37,833 nt of DNA, taken from contig CAZQVD010000003.1 of NCBI GenBank assembly GCA_964596665.1, forward strand, positions 2,162 to 39,994. Direction: 5' to 3'. The DNA is from an uncultured Dehalococcoidia bacterium (GTDB lineage Bacteria; Chloroflexota; Dehalococcoidia; Lucifugimonadales; Australimonadaceae). A program made the translations under genes and the position numbers. Of this stretch, positions 1 to 10,387 are shown in pieces; positions within the stretch are counted from its first letter, which is position 1, and each line of letters starts with the position of its first letter. The notes beneath the pieces were generated by a model, which was not told the origin of the DNA, did no database searches, and worked only from the letters and a program-made list of their open reading frames with translations.

Positions 1-2
1 GG

Positions 3-215
3 CTCGGCGCCGAAGAGGACGCCGTCACCATGGAGGCCTCTTTCACCGACGACCTCAATGCAGACTCTCTCGACCTCGTCGAGCTCATCATGGGCTTTGA
101 GGAGGCGTTCACCGACGGCGCGGAGCCGCTGAAGATCTCCGACGAGGACGCCGAAGGGATCCGCACCATCGGCGATGCGGTGACGTTTATCCAGAGTAAG
201 GGCTACTCGGACTAG
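3..215 (+). CDS. acpP: acyl carrier protein, 5'-truncated by the window edge
   Basis: The frame stays open to the window edge. The translation [36 protein letters not shown] carries the DSLD phosphopantetheine-attachment motif. The size and acidic composition are typical of ACP. Stop TAG at 213-215. Confidence 0.85.
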   Translation, partial: LGAEEDAVTMEASFTDDLNADSLDLVELIMGFEEAFTDGAEPLKISDEDAEGIRTIGDAVTFIQSKGYSD

Positions 216-227
216 GCGGCCGCTTCG

Positions 228-1007
228 ATGGTGGACCACCAAGCCCCGGGGGCCGACCTCCAAGCCACGCACCAGGCCATCAGCAGCTGCCAGGCCTGCG
301 CGTTGCATGAGGGACGTACCAACGCCGTTCCCGGTGCGGGCTCGTTACACGCAGACCTGATGTTCATCGGCGAAGGCCCCGGCTTCAACGAGGACCGCCA
401 GGTCATCCCATTCATCGGTGCGGCCGGCCAGTTCCTGAACGAGCTGCTCGCATCCATCGGCCTACGCCGCGAGGATGTGTTCATCACCAACATGGTGAAG
501 TGCCGTCCGCCCAACAACCGCGATCCGTTCCCCGGGGAGATAGAGGCCTGCTCGAAGTACCTCGACGCGCAGATCGAGGCGATCCGGCCCAAGGTGATCG
601 TGCCGTTGGGCCGCCATGCGTTGGCGAGGTGGTTCCCAAACGAGTCGATCGGCAAGCTGCGCGCTCACCCGCGCCAGTTCGACGGCATCACCCTGTTTCC
701 GCTGTACCATCCGGCCGCAGCGCTGCACAACGGTGGATTGCGCGCGACGATCGAAGATGATTTCGCCAAGCTGGGCGAGCTCCTGCGCCAAGCCCCGGCG
801 CGAACGGAGCGGCAGCCGCAGCAGGTGACGGCATCGCTCCTCGACACTGCGCCCCCCATGCCCGCTGCCGCTGCCCCGCTCGCCGCGCCGGGGCAGGAAG
901 CGGCGACGTCGGACGAGCCATCCGTCAGCATCGAGCCACCCTCGAGCGTTGAGCAACTCGCGCAGGCCGCGGAGGAGCCGCACAACGAACAACTGAGCAT
1001 GTTCTAG
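228..1007 (+). CDS. uracil-DNA glycosylase, family 4 (Fe-S type), with a long low-complexity C-terminal tail
   Basis: The N-terminal region has the CQACALHEGRTNAVPGAG...MFIGEGPGFNEDRQVIPFIGAAGQFL and YHPAAAL motifs characteristic of family-4 UDG. ATG at 228. Confidence 0.85.
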   Translation: MVDHQAPGADLQATHQAISSCQACALHEGRTNAVPGAGSLHADLMFIGEGPGFNEDRQVIPFIGAAGQFLNELLASIGLRREDVFITNMVKCRPPNNRDPFPGEIEACSKYLDAQIEAIRPKVIVPLGRHALARWFPNESIGKLRAHPRQFDGITLFPLYHPAAALHNGGLRATIEDDFAKLGELLRQAPARTERQPQQVTASLLDTAPPMPAAAAPLAAPGQEAATSDEPSVSIEPPSSVEQLAQAAEEPHNEQLSMF

Positions 1008-1012
1008 GGCCC

Positions 1013-2668
1013 ATGACATCTCCCATCCGAATCGTTCCCCTGGGCGGCCTCGGTGAGGTCGGTAAGAACATGATGGCCATCGAGCACGGCGATGACATCG
1101 TGGTGATCGATGCCGGCGTCATGTTTCCGAAGCAGGATATGCACGGCGTGGACCTGGTGCTGCCCGATACGACGTACCTCGTGGAGCGCCGCGACAGGGT
1201 GCGCGCGATCCTGATCACGCACGGCCACGAGGACCACACGGGCGCCCTGCCCTACGTGCTGCGCGATCTGCACGTGCCGGTGTACGCCCCGCCCCTGGCC
1301 CACGACTTGATCAACGTGAAGCTGAGCGAGCATCCCGCCGTCGGTCACTACGACCTGCGCGAGGTCAACCCGGGCGACCGCATCGAGCTCGGAAGCATCG
1401 AGGCCGAGTATTTCCGCGTCTGCCATAGCATCCCGGACGCGTGCGGGATCGCGCTGCACACGCCCTCGGGCCTCGTGGTGCACAGCGGCGACTTCAAGAT
1501 CGACCACACGCCCGTGGACGGAAAGCCGACCGAGCTCCAGCGGCTGGCGGAGCTCGGCCGCGAAAACGTGCTGCTCCTTCTGTCCGATTCCACCTACGCG
1601 GAGGTGCCGGGGCATACGCCGTCGGAGCAGGTAGTGAGCGTGGCGCTCGATCATGCGTTGGGCGATGCGCCAGCGCGGGTACTGGTGGCCACGTTCGCAT
1701 CGTTGATCGCGCGGGTTCAGCAGATCTTGGACGCCGCCGCCAAGCATGGTCGCAAGGTGGGGCTTGCTGGTCGCAGCATGGTGAACAACGTCAACATGGC
1801 GATCGAGAAAGGCTATATCCACGCCCCACCGGGAACGATTGTAGATCTGCCAACGTTGGCGAGCCTCCCGCCGGAGCAGCAGGTGATTGTGCTGACAGGA
1901 GCGCAGGGTGAGCCGCTGGCAGTGTTGGCGCGCGTTGCCAACCGGACGAATCACGAGATAGCTATCCAGGACGACGATACCGTGGTGTTCTCGGCGTCGA
2001 CCATCCCAGGCAACGAGACCGTGGTGGCCACGGTGATCGACAACCTCGTTCGCCAAGGGGCGAAGGTGATCACCCGGCGGACCGCACAGGTACACGTGCA
2101 AGGCCACGGGAGCCAGGAGGAGCTCAAGCTGATGCTGAGCCTCATAAAGCCACAATACTTCGTTCCCGTACACGGCGAGTATCGGATGCTCGCCGCCCAT
2201 GCCGAGCTGGCCATGGCGGTGGGCGTGGAGCCGCAGAACACGTTCTTGCTCGAGGACGGCGACGTCCTGGAGATCGACGATGGACGGGCGTCGTTCGGGG
2301 AACGGGTGCCCGCGGGCCACGTCTTCGTCGACGGTCTACGGCTGTGGGATGGGCGCAGCGCTGTGCTCCGTGACCGCCGCTCGCTCTCCCGCGACGGCAT
2401 CGTGGTGGTCGTAATCCCGTTTGAGCAGGCGACCGGAGAGTTATTCGGATCGCCGGAGATCGTCTCCAGCGGATTCATAGACATGGAGGCGGCCGTGGAG
2501 ATGGTCGACCGCGCCTCGGCGTTGGTGAAAGATGTGCTCTCGGCGCCGACCCGCCATGTGCTAGACGATGCGTACGTGAGCATCCGAGTGCGCCAGGAGC
2601 TGGGCAGCTTCCTGCACAAGGAGACGGGGCGGCGACCGATGATCGTGCCGCTGCGCATCGAGGTGTAG
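1013..2668 (+). CDS. rnj: ribonuclease J (metallo-beta-lactamase / beta-CASP RNase)
   Basis: 551 aa. The N-terminus IRIVPLGGLGEVGKNMMAIE and the HGHEDHTG metal-binding motif match the RNase J architecture, as does the length. Confidence 0.9.
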   Translation: MTSPIRIVPLGGLGEVGKNMMAIEHGDDIVVIDAGVMFPKQDMHGVDLVLPDTTYLVERRDRVRAILITHGHEDHTGALPYVLRDLHVPVYAPPLAHDLINVKLSEHPAVGHYDLREVNPGDRIELGSIEAEYFRVCHSIPDACGIALHTPSGLVVHSGDFKIDHTPVDGKPTELQRLAELGRENVLLLLSDSTYAEVPGHTPSEQVVSVALDHALGDAPARVLVATFASLIARVQQILDAAAKHGRKVGLAGRSMVNNVNMAIEKGYIHAPPGTIVDLPTLASLPPEQQVIVLTGAQGEPLAVLARVANRTNHEIAIQDDDTVVFSASTIPGNETVVATVIDNLVRQGAKVITRRTAQVHVQGHGSQEELKLMLSLIKPQYFVPVHGEYRMLAAHAELAMAVGVEPQNTFLLEDGDVLEIDDGRASFGERVPAGHVFVDGLRLWDGRSAVLRDRRSLSRDGIVVVVIPFEQATGELFGSPEIVSSGFIDMEAAVEMVDRASALVKDVLSAPTRHVLDDAYVSIRVRQELGSFLHKETGRRPMIVPLRIEV

Positions 2669-2702
2669 CTCCCCGTTCAATTGCACTGTCTTTTGCGCGC
2701 CT

Positions 2703-5102
2703 ATGCGGTATCGTGGTGCGATGGCGTTCGGTCGTTTCCTCCTGCAGCCGTATGCGTACGCTCCGCTCCTCCTGATCGGCGGGTTCGTGGCGTATGGCGC
2801 CGTGGTGCAGCCGGAATGGCTGGTGGACCCTGCCCGGCAGGCCGTGACCTACGTGCTGGAGGCGATCGGCGCCGGTGTTCAGCTCGTGTTGTGGGTCGTG
2901 GTGTTCGCCTTCCTGTTCCTGAACCGCATCACGAGACTCATCCGGCGCTGGCGGCTGATGCTTGCCTCCGGGATGCTGGCCATGGCCGTCCAGGGCACGC
3001 TCGCATACTTCGAGTGGGAGCTGCCGGTGATCGGCGTCGCTTCGCTGGGCGGCATGCTGGGCGATCAGATCCAGGGTGGCGAAGGCTTCGTCGGCATGCT
3101 GCGCGTGTCGGGCCTGTGGCTCGTTGGGCTCATCGTGTTGGCGCCGCGGCTCGCCCGCAAGGGTGCGGCAGGAACGGCGCGTGGCTACCGGCAGGCGCCC
3201 GCCCACCGAGGGGTCGCCTGGCTGGCGAGGGGCGCCGCCGTTGGTGTTGGCGTCGCCGTGGGTGGCGTGGTCTCGGTAGCCCGGAAGGGAGCCGAGCGGA
3301 ACCGCGCCCGACAGAGCGAAGGGCTCGCCCGCGACCTGGGAAGCTTCCTCAGCGGCTCGACGCCCCACGCGGCCGATTCAGGCGGGTTCGCGTCGATCGA
3401 TACCGGTGGTTCCAAGCCTTTGGACACGGGCGCTCCTCCGCCGTTCCTCGCGCGCCGTCTCGAGGCGCCACCGACGGCCCCCGAGGAGCCCCAGGTGTAC
3501 GACGAGCCCGACGGGATGGGGGGCGAGGATGGACCGGCGACCGCTTCGGCGCCGCGCCCGCGCCCAAGGAAGCCCGCCGCCGGTACGATGACGCTGCCGA
3601 GCGAATCGTTGCTGGCAGCAGCGACCGCTGCCTCGGCGGTCACGGACGAGCACAACGAGACTGCATCGCTGATTGAGAAAGCGCTCGGTCAGCATGGCGT
3701 CGAGGTCCGCGTGGCCGAGATTCGCCCCGGTCCAAGCGTCACAATGTTCGGCCTGGTGCCGGGGTGGAATCGGCGGCCTCGCTCGAGCCGCTCCGTGCGG
3801 GTCGGCGAATCCGAGGTGCTGATTCCGCCCGACCTGTCCGGCCCGCCCGACGACGCCCGAAACCGCGTGAAGGTGGACAGCATCCTGGCGCGGGAGAAGG
3901 ATCTAGCGCTGGCATTGGCGGCCCCGAGCCTGCGCATCGAAGCGCCGGTCCCCGGCGAATCGGTCGTCGGCGTGGAGGTTCCGAACAAGTCGTCCACGAT
4001 GGTCTCGATCCGCTCGGTGATGGACTCGGAAGAGTACCGGGCGCTGGCCTCCGGCGATCGACTGCCGGTGGCGCTCGGGCTGGCCACGGCGGGGGAGCCG
4101 GTGGCGATCGACCTGCTGAAGATGCCGCACCTGCTTATCGCGGGAGCGACGGGCAGCGGGAAGAGCGTCTGCATCAACACCATCATCTCCTCGCTCATCA
4201 TGCACCAGCAGCCTTCGAACCTACGCCTGATGCTGGTGGATCCCAAGCGGGTGGAGCTGACGCCGTACAACGGGATACCGCACCTGGTGACGCCCGTGGT
4301 GGTGGATCCGGACCGGGTGGTCCGGCTGCTCCGTGGGGCGATTCAAGAGATGCTGCGGCGCTACCGCCTGCTGGAAGAGGCAGGCGTGCGCAACCTGCAG
4401 TCGTACAACCGCAGCTCGAGGGCGATGGAGCACCTGCCATACTTGGTAATCTGCATCGACGAGCTGGCCGACCTGATGATGACGGCGTCGTTCGAGGTGG
4501 AGCAGGCGATCTGCCGACTGGCACAGCTCGGCCGGGCGACGGGCATCCACATGGTCGTGGCCACGCAGCGTCCATCCGTGGACGTGGTCACGGGGCTGAT
4601 CAAGGCGAATTTCCCGAGCCGAGTCTCCTTCGCGGTGGCGTCGCAGGTGGATTCACGCACGATTCTGGACAGCGTCGGCGCCGAGCGTCTGCTCGGCAAG
4701 GGCGACATGCTGTTCCTTTCGTCCGACGCACCGAAGCCGAAGCGGGTGCAGGGAGTGTTCATCTCCGAGGAAGAGACGGAGGCACTGGCGGATCACTGGC
4801 GGCGCCAGCCCGTGGGCGGCCTCCCAGAGATCGACCTAGAGGGCCTCGCCTACGCGGCGGAGCGGGCGGACGCGGTACGGCAAGAGGCGGAGGTGGAGCT
4901 CGACGAGTCGGACTCGCTGTACGACAAGGCGGTGCAGCTTGCCGTCTCCGGCGGGCAGATGTCCATCTCGCTGTTGCAGCGGCGCCTGCGCATCGGGTAT
5001 CCCCGCGCGGCCCGGCTGATGGATCAGCTCGTCGGCGATGGGATCGTGGGTGGGGCCGGTGAGCCGGGCAAGCCCCGCGACGTGATCTACCGGCCGGAGT
5101 AG
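2703..5102 (+). CDS. ftsK: DNA translocase FtsK/SpoIIIE
   Basis: 799 aa. It has hydrophobic N-terminal membrane segments and a Pro/Ala-rich linker. The motor domain carries Walker A (LLIAGATGSGKSVCIN) and DELADLMM. The C-terminal winged-helix gamma domain contains SISLLQRRLRIGYPRAARLMDQL. Confidence 0.92.
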   Translation: MRYRGAMAFGRFLLQPYAYAPLLLIGGFVAYGAVVQPEWLVDPARQAVTYVLEAIGAGVQLVLWVVVFAFLFLNRITRLIRRWRLMLASGMLAMAVQGTLAYFEWELPVIGVASLGGMLGDQIQGGEGFVGMLRVSGLWLVGLIVLAPRLARKGAAGTARGYRQAPAHRGVAWLARGAAVGVGVAVGGVVSVARKGAERNRARQSEGLARDLGSFLSGSTPHAADSGGFASIDTGGSKPLDTGAPPPFLARRLEAPPTAPEEPQVYDEPDGMGGEDGPATASAPRPRPRKPAAGTMTLPSESLLAAATAASAVTDEHNETASLIEKALGQHGVEVRVAEIRPGPSVTMFGLVPGWNRRPRSSRSVRVGESEVLIPPDLSGPPDDARNRVKVDSILAREKDLALALAAPSLRIEAPVPGESVVGVEVPNKSSTMVSIRSVMDSEEYRALASGDRLPVALGLATAGEPVAIDLLKMPHLLIAGATGSGKSVCINTIISSLIMHQQPSNLRLMLVDPKRVELTPYNGIPHLVTPVVVDPDRVVRLLRGAIQEMLRRYRLLEEAGVRNLQSYNRSSRAMEHLPYLVICIDELADLMMTASFEVEQAICRLAQLGRATGIHMVVATQRPSVDVVTGLIKANFPSRVSFAVASQVDSRTILDSVGAERLLGKGDMLFLSSDAPKPKRVQGVFISEEETEALADHWRRQPVGGLPEIDLEGLAYAAERADAVRQEAEVELDESDSLYDKAVQLAVSGGQMSISLLQRRLRIGYPRAARLMDQLVGDGIVGGAGEPGKPRDVIYRPE

Positions 5103-5114
5103 GAGGAGCCTACT
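5096..5114. terminator. short hairpin spanning the stop codons of convergent ftsK and mrp
   Basis: gagtagg (5096-5102) pairs perfectly with cctactc (5108-5114), leaving a 5-nt loop. Only 7 nt separate the two convergent stops. There is no U-tract, so terminator function is uncertain. Confidence 0.3.
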
Positions 5115-5976
5115 CGGTTGTCTCTGCGGAGCCGTCCTCTGTTTTGGGGGCGGCTGCTATCTGCTCGGGCATGGCCTGGAGCTCGGTAAGCCGCGAGCGC
5201 ACACCCGCCCAGATCGTGTCGTACTCAGCCCCGACGTCGGTGCTGGCCAGCACGGTGGGTTGCGTGTCGTCGCGGTAGTCGGGCCGCAGCGCGAGGTGGC
5301 CGAGGAAGGCGAGGTTCATGTCCGTCGCGAGCTGCTCGCCGGCTCCCGTGCCGAACATGACGCCGGAGAGATTCTCGACCACGCCGAGCACTTCGACGTT
5401 CAGCTTCTTGATCATGTTGATGGAGCGCTTCGCATCGAGCGCGGCAAGGCTCTGCGGCGTGGTGACGACGACGAAGCCGTCCATGGACAGCACCTGCATA
5501 ACGGTGAGTGGGGCGTCGGATGTGCCCGGAGGCATGTCCACGACGAGGAAGTCCAAGTCACCCCAGTCGGTCGCCTGGAGGAATTGGTTGAGCGCGTTGT
5601 GGATCATCGGGCCGCGCCAGATGATGGCTTCCTCCTCGTTCTCCTGGAAGAAGGACATGGAGACGACCTTCACCCCGAACACCTCGGCCGGCTGGATGCG
5701 TCCCTGGTCGACGTTGGGCTGCGGGTCACCGCCGAAAACCTTGGGCGCGTTGGGCGTGTCGATGTCGGCGTCGAGCAGGCCAACCGCGTATCCTTGCTTC
5801 GCGATGTGGGTCGCGAGGTTGACGGCCACGGTGGTCTTCCCGACGCCGCCCTTGGCGCTGTAGACGCCGATCTTGGTCTTGATGCGTCCCAGGGTGCGGC
5901 TGATGGCGCGGCGCTGCTCCCATTGGCGCTTGATCTGCGCCAGGCGAGCCTGCTGCTGCTCTTTGCTCATGTTCAT
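5110..5976 (-). CDS. Mrp/ApbC/NBP35-family Fe-S cluster carrier ATPase
   Basis: Deviant Walker A (VYSAKGGVGKTTVAVNLA), then LLDADIDTPN and VVDMPPGTSD motifs. It lies downstream of a DUF59 gene, which is the usual pairing. Confidence 0.85.
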   Translation of the reverse strand: MNMSKEQQQARLAQIKRQWEQRRAISRTLGRIKTKIGVYSAKGGVGKTTVAVNLATHIAKQGYAVGLLDADIDTPNAPKVFGGDPQPNVDQGRIQPAEVFGVKVVSMSFFQENEEEAIIWRGPMIHNALNQFLQATDWGDLDFLVVDMPPGTSDAPLTVMQVLSMDGFVVVTTPQSLAALDAKRSINMIKKLNVEVLGVVENLSGVMFGTGAGEQLATDMNLAFLGHLALRPDYRDDTQPTVLASTDVGAEYDTIWAGVRSRLTELQAMPEQIAAAPKTEDGSAETTE

Positions 5977-6046
5977 CGGCGCGACGACTCCTGCGGTGAG
6001 GGCTGCTTGGCCTCACCGCTCGTCTGATTGTGCTCCGGGGGATTGC

Positions 6047-6358
6047 CTAGTCGTCGAGTCCGAGGAGCTTGCGGCCGTCCTCGGTGATCAGGTCGGGGGT
6101 CCAGGGGGGCTCGAACGTGATCTCGACGTCCACGTCCTTGACCCCGTCGATATCGGCGATGGCCCACTCAGCCTGCTGCGCGATGAAAGGGCCCATGCCA
6201 CAGCCGGCGGCGGTGAGCGTCATGTCGACGTGCACGTGATTGTTGTCGTCCACGTTGACGCTGTAGATCAGGCCGAGGTCGACGACGTTGACCGGTATCT
6301 CCGGGTCGTAGACGTCCTTCAACGCCAGGGTAACTTCCTCTGTCGTAACGTCCGCCAT
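6047..6358 (-). CDS. DUF59 / SufT-like Fe-S assembly protein
   Basis: VYDPEIPVNVVDLGLIY...MTLTAAGCGMGP is the DUF59 (MIP18/PaaD-like) signature. The longest ORF starts at ATG 6385. ATG 6358 (MADVTTEE...) gives the usual ~100 aa and has a G-rich SD-like stretch a few nt upstream, so the start is ambiguous. Confidence 0.8.
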   Translation of the reverse strand: MADVTTEEVTLALKDVYDPEIPVNVVDLGLIYSVNVDDNNHVHVDMTLTAAGCGMGPFIAQQAEWAIADIDGVKDVDVEITFEPPWTPDLITEDGRKLLGLDD

Positions 6359-6398
6359 AGCACCCCACTTCTGAACGGGTTTCATCGCCTGCGCCTGG

Positions 6399-6428
6399 AT
6401 TCTAGGGAAAGTCTACTTATGGTGTCAA
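6399..6428 (-). promoter_or_regulatory. sigma-70-type promoter for the DUF59-mrp operon
   Basis: The minus strand reads TTGACA (6428-6423), an 18-nt spacer, then TAGAAT (6404-6399). It sits in a locally AT-richer 50-bp gap just upstream of the DUF59 start. Confidence 0.55.
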
Positions 6429-6435
6429 CAATTGA

Positions 6436-7420
6436 CTAGCGGGCCGCCTGGCTGGCGGTCACCGAGCGGAGCAACTCTTCGACGCCCTCGCGGGTGGGCG
6501 AGAGAGCGATGAAGATGGTGGGGCCGTAATGCTTGAGTATCAAGTGTAGATCGTGGACCGTACGGTGGTGGGCAAGCACACCGCCCACGTCGATCTTGGT
6601 GAGGCCGGATTGCTCCACGAAATGGGGGAACATCATGTCGACGATGAAACCAGGGTAGCCTGACTGGGCTGCGGCGAGAACACCCGCGTCGAGCTCGCGC
6701 AACGCTCCGCGGCTAGGCGCCTCCGGCAGCATGCTCACCTCATCGGCATAGACCACGTACGCAACGGAGTCCACGCGCACGAGGCTGAGACCGTCGGCCA
6801 GCCCCGGCAAGCCGACGCCGGTCGAATCGAGGAGATGGTCCACCAGGTCGGCGATGTTCCGCACGAAGCCGGCGGCCACGGGCGCTGCCGCGGGCTGCTC
6901 GGGGAACAGGCGTAGCGCCTCCCACGCGCCCGAGCCCTGCTTCTGGATCGCTGCGCCGGCACCAGAGGACCAGGCGTCGCTGACCCCATCGCCCCACTCG
7001 CCCTCCGAACGGCCGAGCGCGACGGAGCTGCCGATGACGTGCACCCAGTGGTCGGGTTTCCCGGCGATGTCGCCGGCGGCGATGACGGCGGCGCGCTGGG
7101 CGGTGGCCTCGTCCGCGAATTCGGTGAGCGTGGCGTAGTCACTGGTGGGATCGTTCACCAGGCTCACGACGCGCAACGCGGTGAGGCAACCCGAGCCGCC
7201 GTCGGGATCGCCGAAAGCGCTCACCGGAACGCACACCGGAGCACCCGCGTCGGCGTAACCGTAGGCATTGATACGCACGGAGGGGATGCCGCTTTCGACG
7301 AACCCAGGTGGCAGGGCTGGATCGCCCAGTTTGGCGTTGTCGCCGCATGCGACGACCAGGCCCAGTGCCGCCGCCGCTGCCGCCACGGCCGCACCGCTCC
7401 GTGCCCATATGCCCCTGGGT

Positions 7421-7431
<11 letters not shown>
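6436..7431 (-). CDS. hypothetical lipoprotein (no recognisable domain)
   Basis: The long ORF runs 6436-7542. A GTG at 7431 yields [31 protein letters not shown], which has a basic n-region, a hydrophobic core and an L-V-V-A-C lipobox. The longer start would overlap uvrB by 120 nt. Confidence 0.55.
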
Positions 7432-9532
<2,101 letters not shown>

Positions 9533-9610
9533 CTGCTCAATCGTATCGCTTTTGCCTGGGTGCAAACACGCACCCTGGCGACTATGAGATCTGGAGTAAA
9601 GCGCTCTCGC

Positions 9611-10012
9611 TCAGCAGCCGGCGATGCGCCGCAGGAGCGCTTGGATGCGCGGCGAATCCTGCACCGAGGCGGCGAGGCCGTCCAGGAATGCTTCGCTGAT
9701 CATCATCGGTCCTCGGCCGAACCGCGGGCCGTTGTAGTAGCAGAACCGAAGGGTGAGGGAGCCGTCGTCGAACTCCAAGAGCTGGATCGTGGGCTCGTGA
9801 TAGGGAGTATCGGCGCTTGCCTCTTCCACGACCTGCCCACCGCCCCAATGCATCTCGAACGGACGGGGAAGCGCTCGCACGGGTCCCAAGGCTTGGCTGG
9901 CCACTTCGGTGCCTCCTAGTCGCCGCTGGGCCCCGGCTCGGCCGGTAAGAGGGGTAGGGTGAAGGGCGGGGGCCCGGCTCGGTGTGAGTATGGTACTGCG
10001 ATGGGGGACCAC
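9611..10012 (-). CDS. small hypothetical protein, start uncertain (likely ATG 9853, ~80 aa)
   Basis: The C-terminal ~80 codons (MHWGGGQVVEE...LLEFDDGSLTLRFCYYNGPRFGRGPMMISEAFLDGL...) have the high third-position GC of real genes here. The upstream part of the ORF is Arg/Pro-rich and looks non-coding. I recognise no family. Confidence 0.4.
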   Translation of the reverse strand: MVPHRSTILTPSRAPALHPTPLTGRAGAQRRLGGTEVASQALGPVRALPRPFEMHWGGGQVVEEASADTPYHEPTIQLLEFDDGSLTLRFCYYNGPRFGRGPMMISEAFLDGLAASVQDSPRIQALLRRIAGC

Positions 10013-10141
10013 GTTCCCTGGTTGCGAGCACCCACCTCCTCACCAGAGGAAACGATAGAGCCGCCGCAGCATCGGGGCGTCGGCCTATGGTACGCCGTGG
10101 CCTGGTTTGAGCATAGCACGATGGCGTGGCTAAGCGCCTAT

Positions 10142-10157
10142 TGTGTAATCATTCACA
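10142..10157. promoter_or_regulatory. CRP/FNR-family-type palindromic operator candidate
   Basis: TGTGT-aatcat-TCACA matches 9 of 10 positions of the TGTGA-N6-TCACA consensus. It lies in the only AT-rich island of a 375-bp non-coding gap. I saw this pattern only once in the window. Confidence 0.35.
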
Positions 10158-10387
10158 AAACATTCACGACCGCGCTCAGCGACCGCACGGGCCACTGGCG
10201 TTGAGGTCTGATGGTGAACGGGCGGGCGCTCAACAGCTTCGTGCCTAGGGTGCTGGAGTGGGTTGCCGCGAGGGTTTCCCCTTCAGAGAACCCCGGACCC
10301 CTGCTTCTTCCGGCGCCGAGAACGGCGCCGTTGCCTCGCAAAGCGGCAGCCGTCGGCCCAGCGAGGGAGTGCAGGATTGCACCCTGC

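Noticed and set aside
1004-2320. A 438-aa ORF on the minus strand opposite rnj. Similar long alternative-frame or antisense ORFs occur at, for example, 3764-5062, 7268-8476, 23502-24326, 24389-25129, 30071-31285 and 32551-33295.
   Set aside because: They are Arg/Pro/Gly/His-rich with no recognisable motifs. They fully overlap genes with unambiguous family signatures. Long stop-free stretches in non-coding frames are expected at this GC content.
9533-10170. A LexA/SOS box upstream of uvrB.
   Set aside because: I found no GAAC-N4-GTTC (Cheo-type) and no CTGT-N8-ACAG motif. The 10142-10157 palindrome has TGT-N10-ACA spacing, which fits CRP better than LexA.
10191-10217. Cobalamin-riboswitch elements: the B12-box-like gccactg and ggtgaac.
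   Set aside because: The elements are in the wrong order. No downstream gene on that strand could be regulated by them.
10298-10313. An SRP-RNA-like string on the minus strand (ccggaagaagcagggg, compared with GUCCGGAAGGAAGCAGCC of 4.5S RNA).
   Set aside because: I could find no complementary 3' strand with the conserved asymmetric-loop sequence and no enclosing long helix. The similarity is limited to a purine-rich run. An Rfam scan would be needed to revive it.
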